This document shows, piece after piece, positions 33,028 through 43,800 of a stretch of 64,000 bases of DNA. The notes beneath the pieces were generated by a model. That model worked only from the letters and a program-made list of their open reading frames with translations, was not told the DNA's origin and made no database searches. Location: positions 91,526-155,525 of the forward strand of contig CAWCAY010000002.1 of assembly GCA_963793725.1 (NCBI GenBank), in the 5' to 3' direction. Made by a program: the position numbers and the translations under genes. The DNA comes from an uncultured bacterium (GTDB lineage Bacteria; JAUVQV01; CAWCAY01). The first letter of the stretch is position 1; each line of letters starts with the position of its first letter.

Positions 33028-33814
33028 CTAGATGCGCTCGACGAACCGGGGCGCGAGCGACCGGAAGACGGCCTCCCCGGCCACCGTGACCAGCGCGCCG
33101 AAGGCCAGCACCACCGCCAGGTCGGTCGGCCTCGGCCAGGCCGCCCCGTAGAGGATGTCGCGCCACACCCTGATCAGCGACGCGGCCGGGTTGAGCATGG
33201 CCAGGTCCCGGTAGCGCTCCGGGATCATCTCCTCGCTGTAGAGCACCGGGGTCAGGAAGAAGAGGAGCATGATCAGGTTGCCGATCAGGTGTTCGATGTC
33301 GCGGAAGAAGACCGTGGCCGCGGAGAGGAGGAGCGACAGGCCGTACAGCACCAGGAACTGGAGGATGGCCGCCACCGGGAGGAGGACCAGCGGCCAGCCG
33401 AACCGGACGCCGAACGCGGCGGCGAAGACGAAGTAGCAGCGGCAGCGACAGGGCGAAGTTCACCGTCGTGGCCGACAGGGTCACGAACGGCAGGATGACC
33501 GGCGGAAAGTTGACCTTCTTGAGCAGGTGGCCGTCGCGCAGCACCGCCGTGGTGGCCTGCGACAGGGATCCGGAGAGCCAGATCCAGGGGAGCAGGCCGG
33601 CGAAAACGAACATCGGGTAGCGGGGCACCTGGGCCCGCATGTAGACCGAGAAGACCAACGTGTAGACCAGCATCATCAGCAGCGGGTTGAGGAAGGTCCA
33701 CAGGAAGCCGATGACCGATCCGCGGTAGCGGACCTTCAGCTCCTTGGCGGTCAGTGTGGCCACCAGGACACGATGGCGGTGGATGTCGGCGAGGCTGCCC
33801 ATGGCGCCGCACAT
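33028..33814 (-). CDS. ABC-2 type transporter permease (KpsM/TagG-like), 1 frameshift near 33400
   Basis: ORFs 32594..33814 (N-terminal) and 33028..33375 (C-terminal) together make an ABC-2 permease. Confidence 0.6.
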
Positions 33815-33919
33815 TATAGTGAATCCCGGCCGGTTTGGGAAACGTCGCGCGCGGGCTGCGGCCGGCTTGTCCCCGGCGACGGGGGTATGCTACAGTAAAT
33901 CATCCGAAAGGAGCCACCC

Positions 33920-35128
33920 ATGGGCAACGGGATAATCGACCAGTTGGCCGTCCAGAACACCACCAAGATCGTCCTGCTGGTCATGGACGGCCTGGGCGGC
34001 TGTCCGGGCGAGCCGGGTGGACCGTCCGAACTGGAGGCGGCCCGCACCCCCAACCTGGACGCGCTGGCGGCCTCCGCCGAAACAGGCCTGCTCGATCCGG
34101 TCTACCCCGGAGTGACCCCCGGCTCGGGGCCGGCCCACCTGTCCCTCTTCGGCTACGACCCGGTGGCCGGGAACATCGGCCGGGGCGTCCTCTCCGCGTT
34201 GGGGGTCAACTTCCCGATCCAGCGCGGCGACGTGGCCGCCCGGGTCAACTTCGCCAGCCTCGATCCCGAAGGCTTGGTGACCGACCGGCGGGCCGGGCGG
34301 ATCTCGACCGGCGAGAACGCGCGCCTGTGCGAGCGCATCCGGAACGGTGTGCGCCTCGACCCGAAGGTGGAGTGGTTCATCGAACCGGAGAAGGAGCACC
34401 GGGCGGTGTTGGTCCTGCGCGGCGAAGGCCTGTCCGACGACGTGTCCGACACCGACCCCCAGAAGACCGGCGTGCCGCCCTTGGCTCCCATGGCCCACAC
34501 CCCCCCGGCCGCGCGGACCGCCGCCCTGGTGGCCGACTTCCAGCGACAGGTCAGGGCCATCCTGGCCGACGAACCGAAGGCCAACATCATCCTGCTGCGC
34601 GGGTTCGCCGCCCACCGCCACTACCCCACCTTGGTCGAGCGGTTCAGGCTCCGGCCGCTGGCCCTGGCCGTCTACCCGATGTACAAGGGGCTGGCGCGGC
34701 TGGTGGGCATGGACGTCCGCGAGGGGGCCTCGTCGACGGCCGACCTGGTGGGCCTGCTGGAGAAGGACCTGGCCAACTACGACTTCTTCTTCATCCACTT
34801 CAAGGAGACCGACAGCCGCGGCGAGGACGGCGACTTCGCCGCCAAGGTGGCCGCCATCGAGGCCATGGACGCCCTGCTGCCGCGGATCACCGCGCTGGCC
34901 CCCGACGTGCTGGCGGTCACCGGCGACCACTCCACCCCGGCGGCGCTGAAAGGGCACTCGTGGCACCCGGTGCCGCTGATCCTCAAGTCGCGCTGGAGCC
35001 GCCCCGACCGGGTGACCCGCTTCGACGAGGTGTCGTGCGCCGGCGGGGGGCTTGGAAGGATGCCGTCGCTCCACCTGATGGGCCTGATGCTGGCCGCCGC
35101 CCTCCGCCTCAACAAATTTGGAGCCTGA
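33920..35128 (+). CDS. apgM: 2,3-bisphosphoglycerate-independent phosphoglycerate mutase, archaeal type
   Basis: Full-length match to the ApgM family; AAAGGAG RBS. Confidence 0.85.
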   Translation: MGNGIIDQLAVQNTTKIVLLVMDGLGGCPGEPGGPSELEAARTPNLDALAASAETGLLDPVYPGVTPGSGPAHLSLFGYDPVAGNIGRGVLSALGVNFPIQRGDVAARVNFASLDPEGLVTDRRAGRISTGENARLCERIRNGVRLDPKVEWFIEPEKEHRAVLVLRGEGLSDDVSDTDPQKTGVPPLAPMAHTPPAARTAALVADFQRQVRAILADEPKANIILLRGFAAHRHYPTLVERFRLRPLALAVYPMYKGLARLVGMDVREGASSTADLVGLLEKDLANYDFFFIHFKETDSRGEDGDFAAKVAAIEAMDALLPRITALAPDVLAVTGDHSTPAALKGHSWHPVPLILKSRWSRPDRVTRFDEVSCAGGGLGRMPSLHLMGLMLAAALRLNKFGA

Positions 35129-35138
35129 GACTCTCCGT

Positions 35139-35243
35139 GGCTTTCGGGTGGGGTGGCGCCGACGGGGGACCCCCACGGAGAGCGCAGTCCTTTCGCGAGC
35201 ACTCCGTGGGGGTGTGAGGCGACAGGACCCCGCCCGAAAGCGC
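35139..35243 (+). repeat. Copy B of the roughly 90-bp extended-palindrome repeat, with 14-bp terminal inverted repeats GCTTTCGGGTGGGG / CCCCGCCCGAAAGC
   Basis: Homologous to 23201-23291, more diverged; convergent intergenic location. Confidence 0.5.
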
Positions 35244-35259
35244 CGGAATGGCCGGCAGC

Positions 35260-35547
35260 CTAGTTGATGGAGGAGCGCTCGGCGGCCTGCGGCGGGACGG
35301 CCTCTTCGATCACCCCATGCTGCTGCTCGTAGGCCTCCAGATTCCTCCCCAGCGCCCGGATCATCCGCTTCATGTGCCCCGGCGAGATGATCACCCGGGC
35401 GTTCACCACCCCCTCGGGGGGAAATAGGTTCATGAAGTCGAGGATGAACTCCTCCTTGGTGTGGCTGACGACCATCTGGTTGGCGTAGACACCCTTGAGC
35501 ACCTCGTCGGGAATCTTGACCCGCAACTCCTTCTTCTCCTGGGACAT
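35260..35547 (-). CDS. DUF3467 domain protein
   Basis: MSQEKKELRVKIPDEVLKGVYANQMVVSHTKEEFILDF... is the DUF3467 signature; GGAGGAGG RBS. Confidence 0.7.
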   Translation of the reverse strand: MSQEKKELRVKIPDEVLKGVYANQMVVSHTKEEFILDFMNLFPPEGVVNARVIISPGHMKRMIRALGRNLEAYEQQHGVIEEAVPPQAAERSSIN

Positions 35548-35688
35548 GCCTCCTCCTCGGAATAGGCTTGGTGGACAATATACCATGGGGTCAGGTCTTG
35601 AAAACGCATGATTGTGCAGTGACGGTATTCGCCTGACAGGTGCCGCACGGGTTGCAAAAAGGGCGTCCGCGGTCTACTGTTACACCCC

Positions 35689-36107
35689 GTGAAACCTGAA
35701 AGAACCTTCCGCGCACTGCTGGCCGTCGGCATCCTGTGCCTGGCGACGGTCGTGCCGGGCGCCGCCGGGGGGGCGACGACCCGCACGACTTCGACGCGCT
35801 CGGGTGCGAGGCCTGCCATACCAGCGGCGATCCCGGAACCGGCGACCTCCGGGCGGGCGTGGCGGCGATCTGCAGGAACTGCCACGTGCCCTGCCTGCAG
35901 GGCCGCAAGCACGTCGGCGGCAACGGTTTCCCGTCGGCCATGTCCAGGCCCCTCCCGCTGGAAACGCCTTCGGTCATGACCTGCCACACCTGCCACGCCC
36001 CCCACGACGGGGCCGTCGACGCCGCCGGCCGGAAGACCCTCTACCTGCGCATCCCGGCGGCCTCCCAGGCGCTCTGCCTCAACTGCCATGGGGGAGTCCG
36101 CAAGTGA
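35689..36107 (+). CDS. Small tetraheme c-type cytochrome (4 CxxCH) with signal peptide; 1 frameshift near 35770
   Basis: CEACH, CRNCH, CHTCH and CLNCH motifs. The signal peptide MKPERTFRALLAVGILCLATVVPGAAG is in a neighbouring frame. Confidence 0.55.
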
Positions 36108-36279
36108 AACCGAAGAACGGGTCGTACCGAGGACCTGACGGCGACGGCCCTCTTCTGCAGCCGGTGCGGCGGCGCCGTGCCGGTCCGCGAGCGTCTGCTG
36201 CTGGTCCTCCCCGACGGCGAACTGCACGAGTACCGGTGCCAGGACCGCTGGCAGGCGCTGGGCACCAAGAAGGTCACCC

Positions 36280-36780
36280 ATGGCGGAACCAGCGGCGGCA
36301 TCGTCGTCCCCTGAACCGGACGAACCGGAGCGGTCGGCCTTCGATCCGGGCCAGCCGGTGGAGTTTCCCGGCGCCGAGGACGAGCCCGAGCCGGCCACGC
36401 CGGCGGGGCGTTCCCGGCGGCACCAGCGCATCCTCCTCTTCTGGACGATCCTGCTGCTGCTCGTCGCCCTCGGCTATGCGCTGAAGCTCGACCGCCACCT
36501 GGTGGCCGCGCTGGCCATCCTGTGGGGCCTGGTCACGCCGATCTTCACCGCCGCGTTCACCTTCCTCGTGGGCGCGCTGGGGGCCACGCCGATCCTGGGG
36601 CCGGTGCTGGTCAAGGTCATCACGCTGCCCATCGTGCTGCTCATCCAGGGGCTGGCCTTCATTGCCTCCCTGGTGGGGGTCAAGCTGGGCCACGGGCGGA
36701 AGGTCTTCGAGGCCCGGGTGGCGGCCACCATCCTGCTGATCGGGCTGGTCATCGGCTACATCCTCGGGAAGCTCTTCTAG
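36280..36780 (+). CDS. Hypothetical membrane protein (acidic N-terminus, 4 predicted TM helices)
   Basis: Hydrophobicity pattern only. Confidence 0.45.
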   Translation: MAEPAAASSSPEPDEPERSAFDPGQPVEFPGAEDEPEPATPAGRSRRHQRILLFWTILLLLVALGYALKLDRHLVAALAILWGLVTPIFTAAFTFLVGALGATPILGPVLVKVITLPIVLLIQGLAFIASLVGVKLGHGRKVFEARVAATILLIGLVIGYILGKLF

Positions 36781-36863
36781 CGGCGCGGAGACCGCGGGCG
36801 GGCCATGCGGGCGGCGGGCCTCGTTGACACTGCCCGGGCGCTGCCATACAATCGACAACGACG

Positions 36864-38441
36864 GTGGCGCATGACGCGCCCCTGGAAACGATGACCGAGC
36901 CCTTCACCGGCACTCCCGCCTCCGACACGCCCGGAAGCATCCTCAGGGCGGCCGACTTCCCATCCGCGCCGGTCCTCGCCGGGATCATGTCCCCCAAGTT
37001 CATGAAGGAATACCGCGTCCTTCCGCTCGCCCTGGAGGACGACGTGCTGCGCCTGGCCATGGCCGATCCCGACGACCGGGCCACCGTGGGCCAGGTCGAG
37101 GTCCTGGTCGGCTGCCGGGTCATCCCGGTCAGGGGCGCCGAGCCGGACATCCTGGCCGCCATCGACCGCCTGCACGGCGAGTCGGGCTCCATCCGCAGGA
37201 TCGTCGAGGACATGGCCGGCGAGGAGGAGGGCGCCGCCGAGGGCGAAACGGCCGACGTCGACCACCTGCGCGACCTGGCATCCGAGGCCCCGGTCATCCG
37301 GATGGTCAACCTGCTCATCTCCCGGGCGGCCGAAGCACGCGCCAGCGACATCCACTTCGAGCCGTTCGAGGACCGCCTGGTGGTCCGCTACCGGATCGAC
37401 GGCATCCTGCACGAGGCCGAGTCGCCCCCGAAGCGGCTCCAGGCGGCGGTCATCTCGCGGTTCAAGATCATGGCCCGGATGAACATCGCCGAGTCGCGCC
37501 TCCCCCAGGACGGGCGCATCCGGATGAACCTGCCGGGGCACGACCTGGACATCCGCGTCTCGTCCGTCCCGACGGTCTACGGCGAGAGCGTCGTGCTGCG
37601 CCTCCTCGACCGGGCCTCGGTCTTCATCGGCCTGGAGGACCTCGGCTTCGAGCAAGGCATGCTGGCGACCTTCGATCGCCTGATCCGGCGCCCCTACGGC
37701 ATGATCCTGGTGACCGGCCCGACCGGCTCGGGCAAGACGACCACCCTCTACGGCGCCCTGGCCAAGATCAACTCGACCGACCGGAAGATCATCACCATCG
37801 AGGACCCGGTCGAGTACCAGCTGGCCGGAGTCAACCAGATCCAGGTCAAGGCCAAGATCGGGCTCGACTTCGCCTCCGGCCTGCGGTCGATCGTCCGGCA
37901 GGACCCCGACGTCATCATGGTGGGCGAGATCCGCGACCGGGAGACGGCCGAGATCGCCGTCCAGTCGGCCCTGACCGGCCACCTGGTCTTCTCCACCCTG
38001 CACACCAACGACGCCGCCGGGGCGGTCACCCGCCTGCTCGACATGGGCGTCGAGAACTACCTGATCAGCTCCTCGGTGATCGGCATCATGGCCCAGCGGC
38101 TGGTCCGGCGGGTCTGCCCCGACTGCCGGACGGCCGACCCGTCGCAGGCCGCCCTGGTGCGGCAGATGGGCGTCGCCCCCCCGGCCGACGCGGTCTTCGC
38201 CCGCGGCACCGGCTGCGAGGCGTGCGCCGGCACCGGCTTCCGCGGCCGCGTCGGCATCTTCGAGATCATGCCGGTCGACGAAGCCGTGCGCCGCCTGGTC
38301 ATGACCGACCCGGGCGCCGACACCATCCGGAACCTGGCCATCTCCCAGGGAATGGTCACCCTCCGCCGCGACGGCTTCACCAAGGTCTTCCGGGGCCTGA
38401 CCACCCTGGCCGAGGTGATCCGGGTGACCCAGGAGGAGTAG
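36864..38441 (+). CDS. gspE: Type II secretion system ATPase GspE
   Basis: T2SE_Nter domain, Walker [15 protein letters not shown], Asp/His boxes and a C-terminal tetracysteine; intact. Confidence 0.85.
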   Translation: MAHDAPLETMTEPFTGTPASDTPGSILRAADFPSAPVLAGIMSPKFMKEYRVLPLALEDDVLRLAMADPDDRATVGQVEVLVGCRVIPVRGAEPDILAAIDRLHGESGSIRRIVEDMAGEEEGAAEGETADVDHLRDLASEAPVIRMVNLLISRAAEARASDIHFEPFEDRLVVRYRIDGILHEAESPPKRLQAAVISRFKIMARMNIAESRLPQDGRIRMNLPGHDLDIRVSSVPTVYGESVVLRLLDRASVFIGLEDLGFEQGMLATFDRLIRRPYGMILVTGPTGSGKTTTLYGALAKINSTDRKIITIEDPVEYQLAGVNQIQVKAKIGLDFASGLRSIVRQDPDVIMVGEIRDRETAEIAVQSALTGHLVFSTLHTNDAAGAVTRLLDMGVENYLISSSVIGIMAQRLVRRVCPDCRTADPSQAALVRQMGVAPPADAVFARGTGCEACAGTGFRGRVGIFEIMPVDEAVRRLVMTDPGADTIRNLAISQGMVTLRRDGFTKVFRGLTTLAEVIRVTQEE

Positions 38442-39650
38442 TGCCCCCCTTCGCCTACTCCGCCACCGACGCCGAAGGGAGGATCGTCAGCGGCCAGATG
38501 GATGCCCGCGATCCGGGCGCAGTTGCCGACCGTCTCCACCACCTGAAACTCTACCCCCTGGAGATCAAGCCCGCCGAGGAAGGCGCCGGCGGGCGGGCGG
38601 CGGCGGGATTCCGCTGGCGGCGGCACCGCTCGGTGGTCTTCTTCACCGCCCAGCTGGCCACGCTGCTCGAGGCCGGCCTGCCGGTCGACCGGAGCCTGGC
38701 CATCCTCGAGCAGTTGACCGAGAATCGGCGCTTCGCCGTCGTCGTCGGCGAGGTGCGCCACGCGGTCGTGGAGGGGTCGTCCCTGGCCGACGCGCTGGCG
38801 GCCCACCCGGACTGGTTCGAGGACCTGTACGTCACCATGGTCAGGGCGGGCGAGAGCGGCGGGGCGATGGAGATCGTCATGCGGCGCCTGGCCGAGTTCC
38901 TCGACCAGAACCAGAAGACGCGCGACTTCATCCTCGTCGAGCCTGGCCTATCCGATCTTCCTGGTCCTCTTCTCGGGAGTCTCGCTGGCGATCATCTTCA
39001 TCTTCGTCATGCCCCGGTTCGCCAGGATCTTCGAGGACCTGGGCGAGGCGCTCCCCCTCCCGGCGCGCCTGCTGATGGGCGCCAGCGACCTGATCGGCCA
39101 GTGGTGGTGGGCCGCCCTGCTGGGCCTGGCCGCCGCGGTGCTGCTGCTCCGGACCTGGATTTCCACCGCCGAAGGAAAGCTGGCGTGGGACAGGAGCCGG
39201 CTCGACTGGCCGCTGATCGGCACGCTGACGCGCAAGCTCGAGACGGCCCGCTTCGCCCGGACGCTGGGAACGCTCCTGTCGGGCGGGGTGCCGATCCTGC
39301 AGGCGGTCGAGATCGTCGGGCGGACGGTCGGCAACCGCCACATGGCCGGTTTCATGGGGGATATCAGCGGCGGTCTCAAGAAGGGCGAGGGGCTGGCCAC
39401 GCCTCTGAAGCGGACCGGCGTGTTCCCGCCCCTGTTCATCCACATGGCCACCGTGGGGGAGGAGACGGGGCAGATCGAGGAGATGCTGGTCAGGACGGCG
39501 GGCATCTTCGAACGCGAGGTCGAGTCGGCCACCAAGGGGATCCTGGCGCTGATCGAACCGGTCATCCTGGTGGCCCTTGGCCTGTTGCTGGGGGGGATCG
39601 TCATTTCCGTCCTGTGGGCCATCTTCAGCGTCTACAGCATCTCTTTCTAA
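38441..39650 (+). CDS. gspF: Type II secretion system inner-membrane platform protein GspF, 1 frameshift near 38945
   Basis: Two GspF repeats. The frame switch is at ...QKTRDFILVE | LAYPIFLVLFSG..., consistent with an inserted C in gagcctggcc. Confidence 0.75.
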
Positions 39651-39663
39651 GGGGAGGAATCGC

Positions 39664-40068
39664 ATGCCTTCGACCGCCGAATACCGCCGCAACCGGGGCC
39701 GGCCAGCCGGCTTCACCGTCATCGAGCTGATGGTCGTCCTGGTCATCCTGGGGCTGATCGCCAGCCTGGTCTACCAGGCGGTCATTCCCAAGGTCGACGA
39801 GGCCAAGCACAAGACGGCCAAGGCCCAGATGGAGATTCTCGGCCTGTCGCTGGACAACTACCGGCTCGACGTGGGCACCTACCCGCCGGCGCTGGACGAG
39901 CTCGTCTCGTCGTCGGCCACCGGCTGGAAGGGCCCCTACCTGAAGAAGGCCGTCCCGGCCGACCCGTGGGGGAACCCCTACGTCTACGAGGTGATCGACG
40001 AGGGGAAGGACTACCGTCTCGGCTGCACCGCCGGCGGGTCCGACGTGGTCATCAAGAGCTGGGAGTGA
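39664..40068 (+). CDS. gspG: Type II secretion major pseudopilin GspG
   Basis: Prepilin cleavage/methylation motif GFTVIELMVVLVILGLIA and the GspG-typical DPWGNPYVY; GGGGAGG RBS. Confidence 0.85.
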   Translation: MPSTAEYRRNRGRPAGFTVIELMVVLVILGLIASLVYQAVIPKVDEAKHKTAKAQMEILGLSLDNYRLDVGTYPPALDELVSSSATGWKGPYLKKAVPADPWGNPYVYEVIDEGKDYRLGCTAGGSDVVIKSWE

Positions 40069-40543
40069 CCCTCCGCCGCCGGGCTGCCGGCCTGACCCTG
40101 ATCGAACTGTCGGTCGTCCTGGTCATCATGGGGCTTGCGCTGGCGCTGGCCATGCCCTTCGTCGGCCGGGGGATGGAGTCGGTCCGCATCGCCGCCGGGC
40201 GCCGCCGGGTGGTGTCGTTCCTGACCGACGCCGGGGTGCGCGCGGTCAATACCGGCAAGCCGGTCCTGGTGGGCTACGATTTCGCCTCGAACACCTTCTC
40301 CCAGACGCTCTCCGGCGAGCCGAAACCGAAGAGCAGTCTCACCCTGCCCGAGGGGCTGCGGGTCACCCGCGTGGAGTCCCCCTCCGGGGAGGGGGGAGAG
40401 GGGGAGAGGTTACCCTCCTGTTTTTCCCATTGGGGGACTCCAGCGGGGCCGTATTCCATCTCGAGGAGTCGGGGGGGCGCCACTTCAGCGTCACCGTCGG
40501 GCGGCTCGACCCGTTGCCCGTCGTGGCCGCGGAAGCCGACTGA
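40066..40543 (+). CDS. Minor pseudopilin (GspH-like), frameshift in a G-rich run near 40390
   Basis: Prepilin N-terminus GLTLIELSVVLVIMGL. The plausible C-terminus (...GEVTLLFFPLGDSSGAVFHLEESGGRHFSVTV...) is in the +1 frame after GGGGAGGGGGGAGAGGGGGAGAGG. Confidence 0.5.
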
Positions 40544-40561
40544 CGCCCGCCCCGCTCCCCG

Positions 40562-40747
40562 TCAGATCGTCCTGCCGACGGCGAACTCCCCGTTGATCCG
40601 GTCGGCCACCGCGGTCAGCAACGGCCGGTCGAACAGGCTCCCGTAGCGGACCACCATCCGGTCGATGATCCGCAAAGTCACGAAGCGCCCGTGTTCGCGA
40701 CTGATCTCGTCGAGCATCAGTTCCCTGGCAAAGTCTTCCCGGTTCAT
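40562..40747 (-). CDS. Small hypothetical protein (61 aa)
   Basis: AAGGAAGGA RBS before the ATG; no family recognised. Confidence 0.4.
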   Translation of the reverse strand: MNREDFARELMLDEISREHGRFVTLRIIDRMVVRYGSLFDRPLLTAVADRINGEFAVGRTI

Positions 40748-40880
40748 GATCGTCCTTCCTTTCGCACATGAATGTGGTCCATGTTCTGTTTCGACGCGGA
40801 ATGTCGCCATTTGGTTCCCGAGAATCGGGACACTCGCCATTTGTGATTCGCGGCGGGGCCGATTTTTGTATAATGGAGGG

Positions 40881-42599
40881 ATGGACATCATCTTCCTGCA
40901 CGCGCCGAGCGTCTTCGACTTCCGCAAGGAAGCCATCTTCTTCGGGCCGATCAGCGACATGGTCCCCTCCACGCCGGTATTCGAGATGTACCCGGTCGGG
41001 CTGGCGTCGATGTCGGCCTACCTGGAGGAGCACGGCATGCGGGCCCGGATCGTCAACCTGGCCTACCGGATGCTGGCCTCGCCGCGATTCGACCCGGCGG
41101 CCATGATCCGCAAGCTCGACGCGCCGGTCTTCGGCATCGACCTGCACTGGCTGCCGCACGCCCAGGGGAGCATCGAGGTGGCCCGGCTGGTGAAGGAGAT
41201 CCACCCGAAGGCCAAGGTGCTCTTCGGCGGCCTGTCGTCGAGCTACTTCCACCGGCAACTGATGGACTACCCCCAGGTCGACCTGGTGCTGCGGGGCGAC
41301 TCGGTCGAGGAGCCGCTGCGCCAGTTGCTGGTTGCCCTGCGCGACGGGGGCGACCTTTCCACCGTGCCCAACCTGACCTGGCGGGACACCGACGGCACGG
41401 TCCGGGAAAACCCGTTGACCCACGTCCCGACCGACCTCGACTACACCGACTTCAGCTACCGGTCGGTGATGAACCAGGTCTTCCGCCACCGCGACCTCCG
41501 CTCGGTGGTCCCCTTCCAGAACTGGGTCTCGTACCCGGTCACGATGCCGCTATTGTGCCGCGGCTGCACCGAGAACTGCGTCATCTGCGGCGGCTCCCAG
41601 TACGCCTTCCGGAACTCCTTCGGCCGGACCGAACTGGGGGTGCGCTCGCCGGCGCGCTACGTCGACAACATCGTCCAGCTATCGCGCATGGCCCACACGC
41701 CGGTCTTCCTGGTGGGGGACATCCGCGTGCCCGGAATGGCCTTCGCCGACGAGGTCCTCGACCGGCTGGCCCGGGCGAAGGTGGAGAACGAGATCGTGTT
41801 CGAGTTCTTCCGAGGCGTGGACGAGCCGTTCATGCGCAAGCTGGCCGCGGCGGTGCCGGTCTTCTCGATGGAGATGTCGCCCGAGACGCACGACGAGCGC
41901 ATCCGGATGGCTTCGGGCAAGCCGTACTCCACCCTCGATTTCGAGAACACGATCCGCTTGGCGCTGCAGTACGGGGCCAAGAAGGTCGACATCTACTACA
42001 TGGTCGGCATCCCGCGGCAGGACTATGCCTCGGTCATGGAGACGGTCGACTACTCCCGCCACCTGATCCGCGACATCGGACACCGGCGCAACGTCTTCCC
42101 GTTCATCTCGCCGCTGGCGCCCTTCCTCGACCCGGGAAGCATCGCCTTCGAGGAACCGGAGAAGGTCGGCTACAAGATGCGCTTCCGCACGCTGGAGGAG
42201 CACCGGCGGGCGCTGCTCGCGCCGAGCTGGAAGTACACCCTCAGCTACGAGACCGAGTGGCTGAACCGGGACGAGATCGCCGATGCCACCTACGAGGCGT
42301 CGCTGCGCCTGATCGACATCCGGGCCGAGGAGGGGATCCTCGACCGGAAGAAAGCGGCCGTGCAGCGGTCCAAGATCGCCGATTCCCGACGGATCATGGC
42401 CGAAATCGACGCCATGGTTGCCGCCGACGGAGTCGACCGGCTCAAGGCGGGGGACATCTACCGCCAGCGGATCGACAAGAAGCGTGTATCGGCCCTGATC
42501 GACAGCCAGGAACTGATGTCGATCCTCCCCGGCCACGGGCTGCGCCTGCGCGGCCTGCTGGGGAGCTACGCCCGCTGGATCACCGGCGGGCGGGCATGA
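40881..42599 (+). CDS. B12-binding domain / radical SAM domain protein
   Basis: N-terminal B12-binding-like region, then CRGCTENCVICGG containing the CxxxCxxC radical SAM motif. GGAGGG RBS; TATAAT lies 6 nt upstream of the ATG. Confidence 0.75.
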   Translation: MDIIFLHAPSVFDFRKEAIFFGPISDMVPSTPVFEMYPVGLASMSAYLEEHGMRARIVNLAYRMLASPRFDPAAMIRKLDAPVFGIDLHWLPHAQGSIEVARLVKEIHPKAKVLFGGLSSSYFHRQLMDYPQVDLVLRGDSVEEPLRQLLVALRDGGDLSTVPNLTWRDTDGTVRENPLTHVPTDLDYTDFSYRSVMNQVFRHRDLRSVVPFQNWVSYPVTMPLLCRGCTENCVICGGSQYAFRNSFGRTELGVRSPARYVDNIVQLSRMAHTPVFLVGDIRVPGMAFADEVLDRLARAKVENEIVFEFFRGVDEPFMRKLAAAVPVFSMEMSPETHDERIRMASGKPYSTLDFENTIRLALQYGAKKVDIYYMVGIPRQDYASVMETVDYSRHLIRDIGHRRNVFPFISPLAPFLDPGSIAFEEPEKVGYKMRFRTLEEHRRALLAPSWKYTLSYETEWLNRDEIADATYEASLRLIDIRAEEGILDRKKAAVQRSKIADSRRIMAEIDAMVAADGVDRLKAGDIYRQRIDKKRVSALIDSQELMSILPGHGLRLRGLLGSYARWITGGRA

Positions 42600-43733
42600 G
42601 CGGGAAGACCACCCCGACCCCGGTGCTGCTGCAGCAGGCCTCGTACGACCGGATGGCGCCGGCCGTCGACGAGGTCTTCCGGCGCTTCCCGATGCCGCTG
42701 GCCGGAGCCCGGGTGCTGGTCAAGCCGAACATGCTGGGGCCCTACCCACCCGGGCAGGGGGTGACCACCCACCCATCGCTGGTCGCGGCCGTGGTCGACC
42801 GGATGCAGAGCCGCCGGCGCGGTCGTCCAGGTCGGTGACAACCCCGGCGCGCGCGGCTACGGCATCGGACGGCGCTGCGGCGAGGTGACCGGCATCCAGG
42901 AAGCCTCGCGGGGGTGCTACACGGTCATGGGCGAGAGCGCCGTCGAGGTGCCCGTCGATTCGCCCTTCACCCGCACCGTGCGGGTGTCGCGCCAGGTGCT
43001 CGAGGCCGACCTGGTGATCAGCCTGCCGAAGATGAAGACCCACCTCCAGACGCTGATGACCGGCGCGGTAAAGAACACGTACGGCTATCTGGTTGGGGCC
43101 GACAAGTCGCGGCTGCACGCCGTGGCACGCCGGAAGCGGGAGTTCGCCCGGGTGGTGGCCGACGTCTTCTCGATCAGGCCGCCCCACCTGACGATCATGG
43201 ACGCGGTCACGGCCATGGAGGGGGACGGCCCGTCGAACGGCTCGCCCAGGGAGGTCGGCCTGCTGATCGCCTCGACCGACGCGGTGGCGGTCGACCGGCT
43301 GGTCTGCCGGCTGATGGGCCTGCCCGAGGATCGGGTCCTCTACCTGGCCGAGGTGCGCCGGCAGCACCCCGCCATGGGCGAATACGCCATCGACGGGATC
43401 GATTTCCCGGGGGCGATCCCCAGTTGGCGGTTACCGGCCTCGTTCGCCCGGGATTTCGTCAGCTGGGTGGGCAACGCCGTCCTCTTCTCGTTCCTGCGCA
43501 AGGCCCGCCTGCGGGTGGACTGCCGTCGCTGCACCGCCTGCGGCATCTGCCGGGACGGCTGTCCGGTGGGAGCCATCGACATGTCATCCGGCTGGCCGGT
43601 GATCGACGCCCGGGCCTGCATCGCCTGCTACTGCTGCCACGAACTCTGCCCGGCCGGGGCGATCACGCTGACCCCGCTGTTGCGCCGCGCGCTCCACGGC
43701 CCCGCCGGTCACGACTGCCCGGGGCGGCGATGA
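42596..43733 (+). CDS. DUF362 domain Fe-S protein with C-terminal 2x[4Fe-4S] ferredoxin domain; 1 frameshift near 42818
   Basis: ATGA overlap with the rSAM stop. DUF362-like core (LVISLPKMKTHLQTLMTGAVKN..., MDAVTAMEGDGP). C-terminal CRRCTACGICRDGCP ... CIACYCCHELCP. Confidence 0.65.
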
Positions 43734-43800
43734 CCCAGCCAACCACCCGGCTGGGGCGCCTCCCGTTGACAGGGGCCAGCGGCCAGCCTACCATCAACCC

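Noticed and set aside
40841-40874. TTGTGA ... TATAAT as a complete sigma70 promoter for the rSAM operon
   Set aside because: The spacer is 22 nt, too long for a standard -35/-10 pair. Only the -10-like hexamer is noted, in the leaderless-transcript observation.
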